Shown: piece by piece, positions 49,918 through 62,618 of the stretch | How the letters are laid out: each line of letters starts with the position of its first letter | Numbering within the stretch: position 1 is the stretch's first letter | Assembly (NCBI GenBank): GCA_973895155.1 | Contig: OZ316893.1 | Coordinates: forward strand, 14,228,645-14,292,644 | DNA length: 64,000 nt | From: Marsupella aquatica | Taxonomy: Eukaryota; Plantae; Marchantiophyta | Reading direction: 5' to 3' | Notes under the pieces: generated by a model | Databases searched by the model: none | Seen by the model: only the letters and a program-made list of their open reading frames with translations | What the model was told of the DNA's origin: nothing | Program-made: the position numbers and the translations under genes

Positions 49918-50978
49918 ATGAGTGACTCAGAGGATACTGGAAGAATTGGCGTCGGTGGAGCTTCAGGATTGCGACGGTCAGACGAAGAGTCTGAGGAGGA
50001 GCTGCTACCATTTGAGGAAGAACTAGTGACACCGGTACGAGTACGATCACCGGTGCGGCGTGCAGTGGAGGAAGCTATGTTACTACCAGAGCTGTCGGTA
50101 GTGGGAAAGAAGAGGGAGATGGCAAGATTCGGAGGAGTGAAATTTGAGGTGGAGAAGTACGATGGTCGTACTGATTACTTGCTGTGGGAGAAGCAAGTCA
50201 AGGGTGTTCTACGGGCCATGGGCTTAGCTCATCTGCTCTCTTTGCGAGAGCAGTATGATGGAGAGCAGGAGATTTCTGTGAGACAGTGGAGACAAGGCAG
50301 GTGATTGCTGTCAATGTAGTGATGCTATATCTCAAGCCGCACATCATCAAGCAACTGGATGATTATGCGGATTGCTCGTCACTGTTCAAGGCTCTTAGAG
50401 AGAAGTACTACCGGGAAGATGCATCAGACCGGCTGTACAAGAAGTCTCTCTTGATGAGCCTCAGGCTCAAGGAAGGGAGCAAGATGCAGGATCACCTGGA
50501 TGATTTTGACAGTCTAGCGGTGGATCTATCAAACCTAGGAAAAGGAGTTGAAGATGAGGATAAGGCCTTGCTTCTGCTAAGCTACTTACCGCCGTCTTAT
50601 CAGGGCTTGAAACAGGTGCTCTTGTATAGAGATTTGAAGTCCATTTTGTATAATGAGGTGGTGAGCTCATTACTATCTGATGATGCTCAGAAGAAGCTGG
50701 GTCAATCACAGACAACATCTTCTTCTGGCACTGCACTGAATGTGAACAGGGGAAGAGCAGCGCAGCGCACGAATGGGCAGAACAGGTTTAGATCTACATC
50801 TCGGGGAAGATCTAAATCCAGAGGAAAATCGCAAGAGAGGAAGCCTCTTGCATGTTGGAATTGTGGCAAGCCAGGCCACATGAAAAGGGATTGTCGAGTA
50901 AAGATCCCTACTGCCTCTGCTAACGCAGCATCGAGCTCGCATGAGGTAGATTTACTCGATGATGATGACATATTGTGA
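49918..50978 (+). pseudogene. gag: Copia-2 Gag, with a 1-bp frameshift near 50289
   Basis: MSDSE..KFEVEKYDGRTDYLLW; LLLSYLPPSY; CWNCGKPGHMKRDC; ends in TGA in frame with pol. Confidence 0.92.
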
Positions 50979-53900
50979 TGTCAAGGTTATGCTCTCAACG
51001 TAGTGTCAAATCCAGGTAGTGATGACTGGATTCTAGATAGTGCATGTACTTTTCACATTTGCTCTAGGAGAGATTGTTTCAGTTCTTACACGGTTTCCAA
51101 TGGGTCAGTGTTGATGGGAAATGGAATCCCATGTCAAGTTGTTGGACTTGGATCTGTAAGATTTTAGATGTTTGATGGTGCTGTGAGAAAGTTGAGGAAT
51201 GTGAGACATATTCCCAGCATGATGAAAAATCTCATTTCACTTGGAGTTTTAGAAGCAAATGGCCATCAGTGGAGCTCTGCTAATGGTGTCCTTCAGGTTT
51301 TAACTGGTACTAAAGTTGTATTGAAGGGAAAGAGACATAGCAATCTATACGTTTTGGAGGGCAGTGTAGTTTGTGATGAAGCCAATGTAACCTTATCTCA
51401 TGAAGAGACGGCCCGGCTGTGGCACTTCCGTTTGGGCCACATGAGTGAAAAAGGTTTGGTTATTCTTCAGAAGAAAGGATTACTTTCTAATTTGAAATCT
51501 TGTAAGTTGGAATTTTGTGAGCACTGTGTGCTAGGGAAGCAGCACAGGAAACCCTTCGGAGTTGGAACTCACACCAGCAAGGAGGTACTTGAGTATGTAC
51601 ATAGTGATGTGTGGGGTCCAGCCCCTACTCCCTCACATTCTGGATGGTTATTGTATGTCACGTTCATAGACGATTACTCAAGGTATGTGTGGATATACTT
51701 TCTACACAATAAGTCTGATGTTTTTGCCACTTTTAAGGAGTGGAAAGCCCAAGTAGAGAATCAGATTGGTAATAAGGTGAGATATCTTCGATCGGATAAC
51801 GGCGGAGAATACAGTTCCGGGGAATTTGGAACGTATTGTAAGGAGCAGGGGATTACCCGCCATCTCACAACAAGTTATACTCCTCAGCAGAATGGTGTTT
51901 CTGAGAGACTCAACCGAACACTATTGGACCGCTCGAGGAGTATGTTGAGTCAATCATGCTTACCACATGAGTTTTGGGCTGAAGTTGTCAACACTACAGC
52001 TTATTTGGTAAATTTTTCTCCATCCAGTTCTATTGGATTCAAGACGCCATTTGAAATGAGGTACGGGCGTCCAGCAGATTACTCACATCTGAGGATTTTT
52101 GGATGTGATGCTTATGTGCTTACACCTTCCCAGCTTCGATCCAAGCTGGAGTCCAAGTCAAAGAAGTGCATTTTCCTTGGCTATCAGAAAGGTGTTAAGG
52201 GTTATAGGTTATGGGATCCAGTAACCTGTAAACTAATTGTCAGTAGAGATGTGTCCTTTAATGAATCCAGATCATCAAAGGAGGGGAAGAGTTCTCAGGA
52301 CTCCCATACTGACAAGGAGAAATCTCCCATCCCGGACCGGGTTGAGGGGGAGATTAGTCATAATGTAGTTCATGACAGGAGAGATGGAGAAGCTTCAGGC
52401 TTGGAGCTGGTTCCTGTGATGGAACAAGAGGAGCAGATTGTTGCTGGGATACCTCAAATTCAACCAGCAACAATAGTAGATCAGCTTGAGTCATCTACTA
52501 GAAGAACTTCCAGTCGTTCTACTAGAGCTCCTACCAGGTATGGTCAATGGGCAGACTCATCTAAGCTAGATGATATTGACATTGCACCTGATGAAGATGA
52601 TATGGCTTTGATCTTGGAAGAAGGAGAGCCTTCTTTGTATAGTGAGGCTTGTGTTTTAGAGCAAAAGCATGAGTGGAATGCAGCAATGCAGAGGGAGTTG
52701 CAATCTTTGAGTGACAACAAGACATGGGAGCTGGTGGAGCTTCCAAGACGTCAGCAAGTGGTGGACAGCAAGTGGATTTACAAGTTGAAGGACAGTCCTT
52801 CAGAGGGTGGAGATAAGATCTACAAGGCACGGCTTGTTGCCAAGGGATTCACTCAGGAGAAAGGAGTGGATTACAATGAGGTCTTTTCACCGGTAGCTAA
52901 GTATTCCACAATTCGGATCTTGTGTCAGCTTGTTGTATTTTTTGGTTTGGTGATGGATCAGATGGATGTTGTTACTGCCTTTCTCTATGGCAACTTGGAA
53001 GAGTTGATCTTCATGAGACAGCCACTAGGCTTTATGAAGAAGGGCCAAGAGAACTTAGTTTGCAGATTGCTCAAGTCCTTGTATGGATTGAAGCAGTCTC
53101 CCAGACAATGGAACAAGCGGTTTGATGATTTCATGCTTGCTCAAGGTTTTACAAGGATGGTGTATGATCCTTGTGTGTATACAAAATCAGTCAAGAATGA
53201 TATATTTGGTTTCATCATTCTGGTGATCTATGTGGATGACATGCTGATTGTGGCTAAAGATCAATCTGAGGTTGACAGTCTCAAGGCAAAATTGAGTGTT
53301 GAATTCAGGATGATCTTGGTAAGGCCAAGAGGATCTTAGGGATGGAGATTTTTAGGAACTCTGAGACTGGACAGTTGTGCTTGAATCAAGGCCAGTATGC
53401 GAGGAAAATACTTGCACGATTCAACATGGAAAACTGTAAGCCAGTGAGTATTCCTTTAGCTTCACATTTCAAGTTATCATCGGCTTTCTCTCCTACGGAT
53501 GCTGTGGAGAAAGGTCTGATGGCTAAGATTCCTTATGAGAAGGCAGTAGGCAGTCTGATGTATTTGATGACTTGTACTAGGCCTGACTTAGCCCTAGCGA
53601 TGGGCAAGGTTAGCAGATTCATGTCAAATCCAGGGAAGATAAATTGGGAAACTGTGAAGTGGATTCTCAGGTATCTCAAGGGTACACAGGACTATGGATT
53701 ACTATTTGATAACAGATCAGATAGAACATTAGTTGGCTATGTAGATTCTGACTATGGAGGTTGTCTAGATACAAGGAGGTCTACAACTGGGTTTGTATAC
53801 ACTCTTGGAGGAGGATGTATCAGTTGGAAATCTACCTTGCAGAAGTGCATATCTCAGTCTACTACAGAAGCAGAGTATGGTCCAACAGCAGAAGCAGCAA

Positions 53901-54193
53901 ATGAAGCAATTTGGTTGGATAAGTTGATCGTGGAGATGGGTTTAGAGCATGGAAAAATGACTCTAAACTGTGATAGTCAGAGTGCTCTTCACTTGGCTGC
54001 TAACCAGGTGATGGATAGCAGGGTGAAACACATTGATATCAGGTACCATTTTATCAGGCAAGCAGTGTTTGATAAAACTTTTGAGCTAGTCAAGATTGAT
54101 GGAAAGCTCAATCCCGCTGATGCCTTTACCAAAGTGATTCCTTTGGAGAGTTTCTCAAGACACCGTGCTACTTTGCAGGTTTTGCAGTTGTAG
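50979..54193 (+). pseudogene. pol: Copia-2 Pol (PR-INT-RT-RH), disrupted
   Basis: WILDSACTFH (51030ff), TAG at 51165-51167, HSDVWGP, RSDNGGEY, IYVDDML, frameshift ~53312, RH YVDSD...KHIDIRYHF. Confidence 0.94.
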
Positions 54194-54400
54194 TGCAAGT
54201 AGAGTTATTTAGCAATCTGTGACTATTTGTATATGGATTACTCATTCCTGTTAGGCTACGGCTTAGTTCTAGTTAACCCTTAGTTAACCCTTGTGGTTTT
54301 TAGGGGGAGACCTGGTTTGGTGATTGTCTAGAACTTCCCGTTGAGGATTCCATATGGTAGCATTTAGTCTAGTCCCCAAGACAAGAGTCAAGGGGGAGTT

Positions 54401-54744
54401 TGTTAGATATTGCTCTAGTCTTGTGACTCTTGTGCTAACCACAATTAGGCTAACTCGGGTTAGGACCTAGCTAAGGTTAGCGGTAGTGCTGTTGTGCATA
54501 TAGCCAGGGCTGATGCCAGACCCTGGTGGAACAAAGGCTCATTGTTACGGAGCTAGTTGAGAGATAGGGAGAGCTTGTGCTGTGGATGCTTGGTATGGCC
54601 GGTCGGCCTAGAGTGCAGTAAAGCTCTTGTGTGTTCCCGTGGACGTAGCCTCATGTGGAGGTGAACCACGTATCTCTCTGTGTCGACTATTGTGCGTTGG
54701 ATGGTTCATGGGCTTGCCGTTACAAATGTCGTCTATACTCAACA
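54401..54744 (+). repeat. 3' LTR of copia-2
   Basis: Colinear with 48015-48358. Confidence 0.97.
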
Positions 54745-54749
54745 TTACT

Positions 54750-55874
54750 TCCACTGAGCGCCTTGCACCTTTGGCCTTCTTGGGCGCGTGGGCGGCCGCC
54801 TTCTCATTATTGGCAGATCATTTCCTTACTGAGGATCGACCTTTTTTACTTTCATCTCTCATGGACGTCGAGGAGGGTTCCCTCCCATTTCAGGTTCATT
54901 TGCGCACGGCGCGGTCATCATTACCCGATCCTGTTCGAGCTGCGTTACCTTCATTCCAGGAGTTTTTATCCTTGGACCCTGTCCGTCTTCAGGTAGACCT
55001 TGCCGGGCGTATGCACGCTTTCACCCTTTCCAGCATCCTCACCGAGGCACCTGACACGGACCGAGCTTGGATTCTTTCTTCCGGAGGGAAGGGCACAGGA
55101 GGCTGGCTTCAGGCCAATCCAGTCATTCCTCACCTGCGGATGTCTTCAGCGGAGTTTGCGATAGCCATGCGTCTTCGTATGGGCTTGCCCCACCCACTTC
55201 TTGCTGGTTTACCTCCTAGATGCACTTGTGGGAAGCCTTGTGATGCCACAGGTGTCCATCTTCTTCGATGCAGTTTGGGCGGCGAAACCATTTTTGTTCA
55301 CGACGCTGTGAGAGATGCGACTACTCAGGTTCTCTCTGGCTCTTTGGTCTGCGCGCGGCGGGAGGTGGTGCTCGAGTTACCTGGTCCTCCATCACAGTGG
55401 TTACGGGTGGATCTTACCATGGTCCGTGATGGTCACCATACTTTGGCAGATGTAGTGGTGGCAAACCCATTGCGCCAAGACATCATTGGGACAGCGGCAA
55501 CAACGGCAGGGGCAGCAGCATCACGAGCAGCAACAACGAAGGAGGCCAAATATGTTGTACGAGCTTCATCTGATAGCTTCCTGCCCCTTGCTCTTGAGAT
55601 ATTTGGGCGTCTCCATCATCAGTTCGACGGGCTTCTTCGCCAAGCTGCTCGGGATGTTCACGGCCGGATGGGTCCCATCGGGCCCCCGCTATCTGTTTTG
55701 ACCACGCACTTTCGCCAACGCATTTCAGTCACCTTATAGCGTGCTCAAGCTCGGGCCGTCTATCGTCGATCTCTGACAGTGGGTGCTAGTGTGACTCCGC
55801 AGCGGCTAGCCCCCCTAGAGGACATTCCTGTCCCACTTGCCGATCTAGTTTTGACACTTGATGTAGACCACTAG
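54750..55874 (+). pseudogene. CRE copy B C-terminal part (CCHC plus restriction-like endonuclease)
   Basis: CTCGKPCDATGVHLLRC, HDAVRD, RVDL, LADVVV, KEAKY; CAG>TAG at 55737; natural end DVDH* at 55874. Confidence 0.88.
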
Positions 55875-56199
55875 CTTGTTGCCACATTTGCTAGGTATGA
55901 TGAGGACCTCGGTCCATTTGCGGTAGTTTTAGTTCCTCTTTCTTGGTTTTTAGGGGTTTCCTTTTGCTCACTTCTTTTAGTTCCTCTTTCTTGGTTTTTA
56001 GGGTTTCCTTTTGCTCACTTCTTTTGCGTTTGGTTTTGTCCACTTGGGACCTCTCTTGTTTATTCTTTTGTACTCTATTTGGCCTTTTTCTGTAAAAAGT
56101 ATGTGTATACTTTCATTTGGAGACCTTAAACTGAAAAATGTCATCATACTTTAACTAGGCTGCCATGCATTAAGTCCTTCATTAGGCAGGCCTGATGGT

Positions 56200-56311
56200 A
56201 GGTCTTGTGCTGACCCAAGAGCAAAGGCAGTAAACTTTCCGACCCTTGCATGTTCAGGTCTTGTGCTGACCCAAGAGCAAAGGCAGTAAACTTTCCGGCC
56301 CTTGCATGTTC
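56200..56311. repeat. 56-bp tandem duplication
   Basis: aggtcttgtgctgacccaagagcaaaggcagtaaactttccg(a/g)cccttgcatgttc x2. Confidence 0.95.
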
Positions 56312-59300
56312 CTGCCTTTGGCTGGGGAGTTAAAATACAAAGCCACTACAGCGGTTGTGAACTTTGCTGTAGTTGGGGAAGCCAGGAAACATGTGGCAGG
56401 TTTTGTATTAATGAAGTGTCACTTTTTTTTTGCCTTGAAAGATAATGAAGAGTCACTTTGTTCCAAAAAGTATTGGGAGTGCAAGGGGTCACATTCTTAG
56501 GGCTGCTCACGTACTAGTGGGGTCTAATGCACCATTCCCCTCTGGCTATGCCTACTGGGGTTGATACATTTATTCTCCCAAATTCTTTCCATTGTTAACT
56601 CTCTCCAGGAGTCTAGGATTTGGGCTTTCTCTTTATTTTCTCCCACTAGATGGCATCACTGAAATCACACTTCCAGGGCACCGTAATATTTTATTTCTTT
56701 CTCTTTGTGTGATTTACATCTGGCCTCTTCTGGTGCGTTTTGGTGATTGTGAGTTTGTGACCTCATTTGCTCTCTTTACTTTATTTGGCATTTCTTGTAA
56801 AGTTGTTTGGTATTTGTGCTCTGGCACTCTTTTGCTTTCTACTCCCTTTTTGCTTTGTTGGTCCCTTTTTTTCTTTTCTTTTTAGTAAACTGGTCCTCGT
56901 AAACGGGAAACAAAAGGAAACCGACACTTGCCACGCGGCAGCATGTGATCTTCGGTCCAACATCCGTACCATACCATACATCGGGTTTGGGGAACCACTA
57001 AAGGGAGAGGCGGACGCACGAATTGGGGTGTACCTTAAAAAAGGTACCGTCCTTTACGGAGGGGACGGGATCTGCTTTTCCTCGTTGACTGGACTCAAGA
57101 ATGTTTGACCCTGGAAGATCTACGGTCGTAAACGCGACAGAAAAATCGCCAGGAGCCGTCAGGCCATGATTCCCATCCGTGTATGGTAAAGTGTATTTGG
57201 GGAGCGACGCCCAGAGTTACTGTACCGGTTTCCATGGGAAATGGGTTTAGGGAGCGGAACGGGCGGGATCAGCGTAATGCATTTTCTTATAATAAGCTTG
57301 TTTGTGCTTCGCGGGGTGAGGAATGTATCTGGGGTAAAACAGAAGATGCCAAATATATTATTAATGTAATTTTATTTATTTAAGTATGGTCAACAAGATG
57401 CTACACATATTCTTTACCTAATTTTATTAGATTAATGCTGACCTTCAGATTCCTCAAGATTTAACCTTGAACGTTAGATTCAGGAAGGGGGGTTCGTGGG
57501 AACTTGCCAGTGGAACTTAAATCCCTGGACGATTTTTGTTTTTGTAATCTTCTTTTTTAGAGATTTTGACATATGTCCCTACTTGTCTCTTGATAAAGAA
57601 TGTGAAATACTGATGTGCATAAAATTTAGATTCAAATTGTGAAGAGAGTAGAAACAGAATACAAAATAGGAGGACTGAAAAACCTTTAATGGGCCCCATG
57701 ACCAGTCTATTCCAAAACTGGCTAAGTCTTTTTCAAGGATTGAATTTAGATAGCCCACTTTCCAGGGGTCACTATATCCAGACTCCATGGAACTATATAC
57801 GATAGATCCTTTTCAGAGCAAGATGGAGAAGAATGGAGACTCCAGATTGGGGTGGGATTATGACACTGGATACAATAATAAATATCTCAGGCCAAAAAGT
57901 TTATTAAAGGCATGTTATAAGTACATTATGACAATAATAGTCACTTAAAGGAGTTAAAGTCCCCAGGGGGCCTTATGACCCACAATACTCACTTCCCAGG
58001 GCCTGACACTTGAAAGATAACGTGTTTTATTTTGTTGGAAGAAGCACTTTACTAGAATGAAAGTAAAACCCAATAAAACCCTGCCCCTAATTACACATCA
58101 AAATGTGAAAAATAAGTCATGCATTGATTTTTTAAAATAAAATAATAAGATTTATCATGGTATTGAGGTATGTAATACACAATATATGTCATATTTTTGA
58201 TGTGCAGTGACCAGACTGGGATAACAGGCCAGACCAACAAACCAGGTCAAGGGCCAACAGCCACCCTAAGACCAAACACAGTCATGAGAGCCAGGGAAAA
58301 AGGGATACGCAGTGAGGCAACCAACCTTCACCCACCAATAAATAAAGTAAACCAACTGAAAGCACAAATGAGAGGCTGACTCAGGCAAAAGCACAGGAAG
58401 AGCGCGAGACTAAATTTCAACAACCAAACCCTAGCGAAATCCAAAACAACGTATTTCCCCTCTGCACAAACCAAAACCAATCGACTGCCCACGCTTGGAA
58501 GTCTACACAAAACCAGATGTCAAAGATAACCAATCCTTCAAGGGGGGTGAAAAGCCCACCAAGGGCGGATAATCAGCCAAAATCACATTCTACTCCAGCC
58601 AAAAACGACCACCGTCGTCCTGTCCAAAATCGATGAAAAACTTCCAATCAACTCAAAAAATCTAAATTCTACATATATTTTTTATTTTTACAAGATGAAA
58701 TTTTTCGGAAGTGTAGAATGTAGCCACTAAAACAACGACTGAGCGCATGACTGAGGACTTTGCTGGAAAGCTGGAGGGGGGTTTGTCTGTCATTCTGTCT
58801 GGCCCGCATTGGCGCCAGGCTTCCGGACCGGATGACGAGGTAACCGGCTGGCCACTTGCATGACTCACCAGGGACGGCATCATCATTCACGGCTGCAGTT
58901 TGACGGTCGTCAGTTCCACGGTCGTCGCTATATGCATGCGAGGAGTGCATTGTCGCGGAATTCCATTAACTATTATTGCAGCTCTCACAGCCAACTTCTG
59001 GAGATATTATTAACTTGTTGAGAGACTTGAGAGTCCGTCTCTTGGATTTCACTCTGAGAGGTCAGATTCACTCCAAATCCCAAGGTTGTGTGCAGATTGT
59101 CTGTCAAAGATTCAAGGCGAAGTAATTACCTTCCGTTGCAGTAATCAGTCAATGAAACAAAATTAAGCCCACTAGCACGAATACCCTTGTTATGCCCAGG
59201 GACTGATGGACTCCCTGCACCCGGATTTCCATGTATGTCCCTAGCATAGTTTAAATGTTAGAAAAAGTTGTTGTCATAGAAATTACGAGAAATGGCTTGA

Positions 59301-60851
59301 GTGTCCGAAGAAGGTCATAGATAGTAAACTCTGGTCCCAAGTTGGAATATAGATAGATACATGACTTTGTTTGTGGATTGGATGACTTTTTCAGGAGAAA
59401 ATTGGTTGGTGGTACTTCATTGAACATTGCAATGGTGAGTAAGAACCCTGAAGGATTACCTGAATAGATTTCTTACTCTGATTGGGTCCAAGGTGTCCCT
59501 TGTTAGTCTCTCCCATTCACGGAAGCCCAGGGACATGGGTCACAGTTTTGAACCAGGTCTTTCAGAATCTTCAAATTTAATAGATCCCAATTTGACCATC
59601 CTGGAGGTAAGAATTTCAAATTCTTACAGCAATTAGTGTCACCCCCCGGTAGTGTGTGTAACACTAATTTCAGTTTCATCCAAACCATTTGATTGGCAAT
59701 GACTGTGGCCCACAATATATACTCTGAACATCGTAACTACTGTAGATGGATCGAATCTTTAAAACTGGGCTCCCTGGGGAGTTGTCCATTTATTGTCGAT
59801 TTTGAAAATAGGCACATACCCAGTGTTTTTCAGTAGGAAGACCAGTTACCAAAAAAGTAAAATGGAGAAAACTCAAAAGTGGTAGACATAAGACAAACAC
59901 AAACCTCACGGGAAGAGGGGAAATGCAGACACAAACGAACCCCAGACAAAACAAAGGCAAGATAGAGTGGTTTGTGAATAGCAAGCCTGCATTGAGAAGT
60001 TGTCCCTGTCCATCCCTCGTGGACTGTATAAAGTCATCACCCAGATTACACCAAAAAGAAAACAACATGATCAGCCTCTTTTGGAACAACAATTTCAGTT
60101 TTGAGATGAGCACCCTCAGTAGTTTTGTCACGACACCCAATTGTAAATGGTTGAATTTTGGCAGATTATGCACTTATTTGCTAGATTTTTCAATCTTTAT
60201 TTAAAAATAAAATAAAACAATTCAAGGAAAAATCTGTGAAAACTTCACAAAAAGGGGACAATCAATCACAACACTTGAACCCAAGACCTATCAGTCTCCA
60301 CTCAACCATGCCTCTTGGGCTTTCAATCTTTATTTAAGCTCAAAAGTTTTTCATTATTTTCTTTGATGACCAACCCATTACCTCAAAAATTGAGATATTT
60401 ATGAGATCACTTTTTTCATTTCCAGGAAAAAAATCATCAATTATTATAAATTAACTGCAAATGGACTTGTTTCTTTCTGTGAATTGATGCCCTTAGTAGT
60501 CTGGGCATGACTAACCGCTCAGCACAGGATAAATCAACTAAAACGGACTGGAACACTTGTTTGGAGACCATTTAAATCATATTTTAGTCAATATTGTAAA
60601 AAGCGTTATTTGAACATTTTTAGGCACTTTCCCATTCAATCCATCACTTCTTTACATTCGTGGTGTGTAAATAAAAAATGAAAAAAAGAGAGAAAAAAAA
60701 CCAGTCAAGGTGATCATTGATCGGTCATGAAGCCCGGTCTTGGTCTTGGCAGGATAGTTCAGCCACCAGTAATGCTGGTTATGGAGTAAATCAAACCACT
60801 TAGCGAGACAGCCCTCGTACTGAAAATCCCCTAACGAAGAAGTTTTCGAGT

Positions 60852-60955
60852 GATTAGGGGGTGCTAATACTGTAGTTAGTTGGCGTGGACGTGCGAAGGT
60901 CAGATTAGGGGGTGCTAATACTGTAGTTAGCTGGCGTGGACGTGCGAAGTTCAGA
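60852..60955. repeat. 51-bp tandem duplication
   Basis: gattagggggtgctaatactgtagttag(t/c)tggcgtggacgtgcgaag x2. Confidence 0.92.
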
Positions 60956-61879
60956 TCGCGATGATTTGCCCCACGTCGGCCGTACTTACTGTAGTTATTA
61001 CATGGCTGTACTGCAGTGCACCTGTTTCGGTCCGTCCGTTTGAATGCTACAGTAACGGGTAACGGGTAACCCCTGTTAAGTGCAAAATTGTTGCCGTAAT
61101 TTTTCAATTCCCCTCCGTACCTGATTACGTTAAGAAGTAGTGATGTAGTATGTTAGCGCAATAAATATAAAAATTGGACTAAATGCTAGGCAATGTTTAT
61201 GAAAGTTGGGAATATTTCCAATGCATATATTAGTAATCTTTTAAAAGCATTTGTTTTATAAAACGCTTATATTGCCTTATATTGATGTATGCATTACTTA
61301 AAATCCCAAAATGAAATATGGATAAATTACTTATGTCATTGTGCTGTGCGCTAAAATATACGAATATGAGGTTTTGGTGCAGGACATGTATGAAGCTAAT
61401 CATCCTTACCGTGGTGCTATAATCTTCCGCTAATAAGGATTTTTTTTCCAAAACAGAGATTTATTGTTGGAAGTTCCTGATAAGTGCAAAATTGAGTTCG
61501 TGTTCTAGTCAGGATTGCAATTACTAGTAAGTATAATATTTCTTAGACTAATTACTTACCAGTCAGTGCAAGCATTTGAATTGTTGTGTAAGCTTTCAGT
61601 CAGAGGGGTTTGTGATTTGGGGAGAATGCCCGAGATGGGAAGGCGTTTACTAAATGTAAACTATCTGGAAGCTTTTGTTTTATAAACTTTGGATTTTATG
61701 TGCCAAATGATTTTAGTTTGTGATATACCAGGATGGGCGGAAAGCCTGTGTAAGGGATTCTTACCATTAGGGCGTCTCAAAACTTCAAAAATGATAGCTC
61801 TTGGCCGTGAAGAAATGATCATAACTTTTTCTGGTTTTTTACTAGCCTCTTCAGTTACTATTGGTCATGGCATATGACC

Positions 61880-62400
61880 AACCCATATGGCAAAGTCAAG
61901 AAATTACAAAGAGAAAAAAACCCAAACCCATAAATAACAGGAACTCTTGAGGTCTCGGCATTTTCTTCTACATAAAGTGTAAAAAATAGTTTTGAAAAAC
62001 AATGATGAAGAGAAAAATGACAAAGGACATTAAGAACACCCATAAATAACAGAAACTCTCAAGGTCTCATCATTCTTCTCTTCTCTGTAAAGAGCTAAAA
62101 TTTTCAAAGAGAAAAACCCAAAAATTACAAGGAGAAAAAGTCACCCATAAACAACATAAACTCTAGAGGTCTCAGCATTCTTCTCTTCTTTTCAGTAAAG
62201 AGATAAAATTTACAAAGAGAAAAAGCCAAAAATTTCAAAGAGAAAAAGTCACCCATGAACAACAGAACTCTTGAGGTCTCAGCATTGTTTTCTATAAATT
62301 GTCAACACTTGTAAGGAGGAAAAACCACAAAGAGAAAAATTATGAAGTACATTAAGGACACCCAACACCCATATATAGCAGAAACTCTTGTGGTCTCAAG
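61880..62400. repeat. Degenerate ~110-bp tandem array (about 5 units, plus one at ~62760-62875)
   Basis: cccataaataacagaaactct..aggtctc.gcatt recurs at ~61928, 62039, 62144, 62252, 62368, 62852. Confidence 0.8.
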
Positions 62401-62618
62401 CCCAACTCGCATGTATGCAGATCGAAAGCATTCGGCCTTAAGCATTCCCACATTTTTCAGCAAAAAGTAGATCTTGTGCCTCCCAAGTGTAATGACTGCC
62501 TTTGCACATGGACTCTCTCATCTATAGGACATTTTTTGTTTCAACTTACAGGCAAAGGATAGGAGATTTTTGCCCTTGGTTTTATGGCACAAGCCTTGCG
62601 GGAAAGTACTCTTGCATA

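Larger units (their letters stand above)
48015..54744 (+). mobile_element. Full-length Ty1/copia LTR retrotransposon (copia-2), defective
   Basis: 344-bp LTRs (48015-48358, 54401-54744; 2 differences seen), TSD TTACT (48010-48014 / 54745-54749), PBS TGGTATCAGAGC 48361-48372, PPT AAGGGGGAG 54390-54398. Confidence 0.98.
45765..56109 (+). mobile_element. Near full-length CRE-like non-LTR retrotransposon (copy B), interrupted by a copia element; 5' boundary uncertain (UTR may extend to ~44.8k)
   Basis: Single ORF once repaired: Pro-rich N-terminus, CPKC..HH..C finger, RT (GPSG, RPIAIGE, QVDVSNAFN, QGDPLG, LSDD, LRVLGSPVG), CCHC, restriction-like endonuclease; no AP endonuclease seen; homology with copy A ends at GTGTATA 56109. 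Confidence 0.9.

Noticed and set aside
50946-50985. Mini-intron removing the gag stop in copia-2
   Set aside because: GT...AG span is only 40 nt, is not a multiple of 3, and has no clear equivalent in copia-1.
55997-56003. TTTAGGG in the CRE 3' UTR as evidence of telomere targeting
   Set aside because: Single unit inside the element; no telomeric array in either flank.
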